Assembly: GCF_009914755.1 (NCBI RefSeq)
Contig: NC_060931.1
Strand: one strand, 5' to 3'
DNA: 64,000 bases
From: the human T2T-CHM13v2.0 reference genome, Homo sapiens
Part shown: positions 60,809-64,000 of the stretch, in pieces
How the letters are laid out: the number at the start of each line of letters is the position of its first letter
Position numbering within the stretch: the first letter of the stretch is position 1
Notes under the pieces: model-generated
Told to the model about the DNA's origin: nothing
Database searches by the model: none
The model's input: only the letters and a program-made list of their open reading frames with translations
Made by a program: the position numbers and the translations under genes

Positions 60809-62011
60809 TTTGTTTAATTAATGGGTGTGGGGGAGCAGAGACGGGTAGGAGAGGAGGTTATAGGAAACTCACGGTCTTTGCAACTGGCAGACCAAGAGAC
60901 TGCCTCTGGTGCCTATGCCACCAGGGCCCTGGGTTTCAAGTAGGAAGTTATATTGAAGAAAATATGTCTAGTTTTACACTTTGCCAGTTACAACATGGCA
61001 TAACAGACAACAAAGTATAGAAAAGAGGAAATAACTGGGCTATTTTTCAAGAAGGGGTTCATATCCTCCCAAATTAACTCAGGTACAAAAGCTAACTCTT
61101 TAAAGAAAGTATTATGTGAGTAACCATTAGCATGTGTTTACCTTTTTTTGGTCACTTTGAAAACCATGAGCTGAATAATCCCTGCACCTGAAGATTTTGT
61201 TCTACCAGCAACCCCCTCTTGTTCAAACACACCCAACATGCTACAAAGGACCACTGCTCAAAGCAGTTTTGCCACAAAAAAATGCAAGTTTTCTTTTCTC
61301 ATCATGTTTTCATGATCTTTCCATTCATCTTACTTCATCTTCTGGATAGATGGTAAGTAAATAAGTCTCTGGGGACAGGAACTAAACTCTATGCCAAGTC
61401 TTCACCAAAAGAAAATAACAAATAGCTTATCTTTTTCAGTTCTCTGACCTAACATGAGAAAGTCATTTCTTTTAAAAATATAAATGTAAAATTATAAGAT
61501 TTAAATTAAAACCTGACAGGTGAAACTCAGAGATGAACTTATTTTGTATTCACAAATTGAAATTTGCAAGATAAAATTCTTAAGTCTAGGAAGGCTAAAA
61601 TGGGATACAGGGGCAACCTTTTAAGTCATGAAAGATGTAGAGAGGGAAAGTGCAAGCTTGCTCCCTAAGACCTCAGGGCAAAGAGCAACCTTTGAAGCCA
61701 GAAAGAAGGCACATTTAGGACAAATAAAGGAAAAAAACACTCCAAAGAGCACCTAGTATGATTTGTTGCAGGTTAAAAAAATTAAATACAGACTTTTTAT
61801 ATATAAATATATATATACAAGCATGCATATATCTTCCCAAAATGACTGAGATTACTTCAATAATTACCCTAACATATGGATTTCAAAGGGGAATCAAGAC
61901 TATGGAATTCATTTCATAAATATTTATGGAGTATCCCCTACGTGCTTGGCACCATTCAAGACTCTAGGAATTGACTAGAAAACAAGACAGGCGCATCCCT
62001 TCCAGTTAACA

Positions 62012-62275
62012 GGAACAGAAAACCAAATACCACAGTTTCACTTATAAGTAGGAGCTAAATGATGAGAACATATGGACACACAGAGGGGAACAACACACAC
62101 TGGGTACCTTTAGAGGGTGGAGGGTGGGAGGAGGGAGAGGATCAGGAAAAATAACTAATGGGTACTAGGCTTAATACCTGGGTGATGAAATAATCTGTGC
62201 AACAAACCTCCATGACACAAGTTTATCCATGTAACAAACCTGCACTTGTACCCCTGAACTTAAAATATAAGTCAA
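62012..62275 (+). mobile_element. Older L1PA/L1PB 3' end fragment
   Basis: ggagctaaatgatgagaacatatggacac...gtaacaaacctgcacttgtacccctgaacttaaaa. Confidence 0.85.
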
Positions 62276-62282
62276 AAGGATT

Positions 62283-64000
62283 TGCTGGCAAGATGACCGA
62301 ATAGGCACAGCTCCAGTCTGCAGCTCCCAGTGAGATCAAAGCAGAAGACGGGTGGTTTTTGCATTTCCAACTGCAATTCCAACTGAGGTACCTGGTTCAT
62401 CTCATTGGGACTGGTTGGACAGTGAGTGCAGCCCACAGAGGGTGAGCCAGAGCAGGGTGTGGCATCGCCTCACCCGGGAAGCACAAGGGGTGGGGGATCT
62501 CCCTCCCCCAGCCAAGGGAAGCCATAAGAGGCTATACTGGGAGGAATGGTGCACTCTGGCCCAGATACTGTGCTTTTCCCATGATCTTCACAACTGGCAG
62601 ACCAGGAGATTCCCTCTGGTTCCTAAGCCACCAGGGGCCCTGGGTTTTAAGCACAAAACTGGGCAGCCATTTGGGCAGATACCAAGCTAGTTGCAGTTTT
62701 TTGTTTGTTTGTTTTGTTTTTCATACTCCAGTGGCACCTGGAACACCAGTGAGACAGAACCATTAACTCCCCCGGAAATGGGGCTAAAGACAAGGAGCCA
62801 AGTAGTCTGGCTCAGCAGGTCCCACCCCCGTGGAACCCAGCAAGCTAAGGTCCACTGGCTTGAAATTCTTGCTGCTAACACATCAGTCTGAGGTTGACCT
62901 GGGACGCTCAAGCTTGGTGGTGGGAAGGGCGTCCGCCATTGCTGAAGCTTGAGTAGGCAGTTTTACCCTCACAGTGTAAAAAAAGTCACCGGAAAGTTTG
63001 AACTGGGTGGAGCCCACTGTGGCTCAGCAAGTCCGTTGCAGCCAGACTGCCTCTCTAATTCCTTCTCTCTGGGCAGGGCATCTCTGAAAAAAAGGCAGCA
63101 GCCCCAGTCAGGGACTTACAGACAAAACCCCCATCTCCCTGGAACAGAGCACCCGGGGGAAAGGACAGCTGTGGGCACAGCTTCAGCAGACTTAAATGTC
63201 CCTGACTGACAGCTCTAAAGAGAGCAGTGGATCTCCCAGCACAGTGTTCAAGCTCTGCTAAGGGACAGGCTGCCTCCTCAAGTGGGTCCCTGACACTTAT
63301 GTATCCTGACTGGGAGACACCTCCCAGTAGGGGCCGACAGACACTTCATACAGGAGTGCTCTGGCTGGCATCTGGAGGGTGCCCCTCTGGGACAAAGCTT
63401 CCAGAGGAAGGAACAGGCAGCAGTCTTTGCTGTTCTGCAGCTTCCACTGGTGATACCCAGGCAAACAGGGTCTGGAGTGGACCTCCAGCAAACTGCAGCA
63501 GACCTGCAGTAGAGGGGCCTGACTGCTAGAAGGAAAACTAACAAACAGAAGGAATAGTATCAACATCAACAAAAAGGATGTCTACTCAAGAGACCCCATC
63601 CGAAGGTCACCAACATCAAAGATGAAAGGTAGATAAATCTTCAAAGATGGGGAGAAACCAGCATAAAAAGGCTGAAAATTCAAAAAACAAGAACGCCTCT
63701 TCTCCAAAGGATCACAGCTCCTCGCCAGCAAAGGAAAAAAAGTGGATGGAGAATAAATTTGACGAATTGACAGAAGTAGGCTTCAGAAGGTGGGCAACAA
63801 CAAATTCCTCCGAGCTAAAGGAGCAAGTTCTAACCCAATGCAAGGAAGCTAAGAACCTTGAACAAAGGTTAGACGAATTGCTAACTAAAATAACCAGTTT
63901 AGAGAAGAACATAAATGACCTGATGCAGCTGAAAAACACAACTCAAGAGCTTCGTGAAGCATACACAAGTATCAAAAGCCGAATCGATCAAGCAAAAGAA
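62283..64000 (+). mobile_element. 5' end of a probably long L1PA7/L1PA8-like element (5'UTR ~1.36 kb plus ORF1 start)
   Basis: GGCAAGATGACCGAATAGG...CAGCTCC start; ORF1 ATG at 63647. Confidence 0.9.
63647..64000 (+). CDS. L1 ORF1p N-terminus and coiled coil (partial, runs off the window; probably a fossil)
   Basis: 118 codons without a stop: MGRNQHKKAENSKNKNASSPKDHSSSPAKEKKWMENKFDELTEVGFRRW...LEKNINDLMQLKNT... Confidence 0.7.
   Translation, partial: MGRNQHKKAENSKNKNASSPKDHSSSPAKEKKWMENKFDELTEVGFRRWATTNSSELKEQVLTQCKEAKNLEQRLDELLTKITSLEKNINDLMQLKNTTQELREAYTSIKSRIDQAKE

Overview
Primate (most likely human) genomic DNA covering the 3' end of CNTNAP2 (CASPR2) on the + strand. The last three coding exons are 19573-19812, 47491-47571 and 53323-53522. 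They encode the end of the last laminin-G domain, the juxtamembrane stalk, the transmembrane helix and the cytoplasmic tail ending in the PDZ ligand ...KKEWLI. A ~5.4-kb 3'UTR ends near 58890. The rest is repeat-rich intron and downstream DNA: about 30 Alus, ERV LTRs, L1s and DNA transposons. No prokaryotic-type system (CRISPR, operon) is present, and almost all listed ORFs are repeat artefacts. The most notable structure is a nested insertion at 23612-25940. A MER5 was hit by a U3 snoRNA retrocopy, which was split by a MER41A LTR, which in turn received a THE1 LTR and a 1-kb L1PA3-like element carrying the exact 97/622 5'UTR splice junction. Also notable: a sense-oriented LTR12 whose own ATG and candidate donor are in frame with the CNTNAP2 terminal exons, and an Alu-tail VNTR with ~18 RBFOX motifs. 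Repeat family names come from recalled consensus sequences, not a database search, and repeat boundaries without a stated TSD are approximate.
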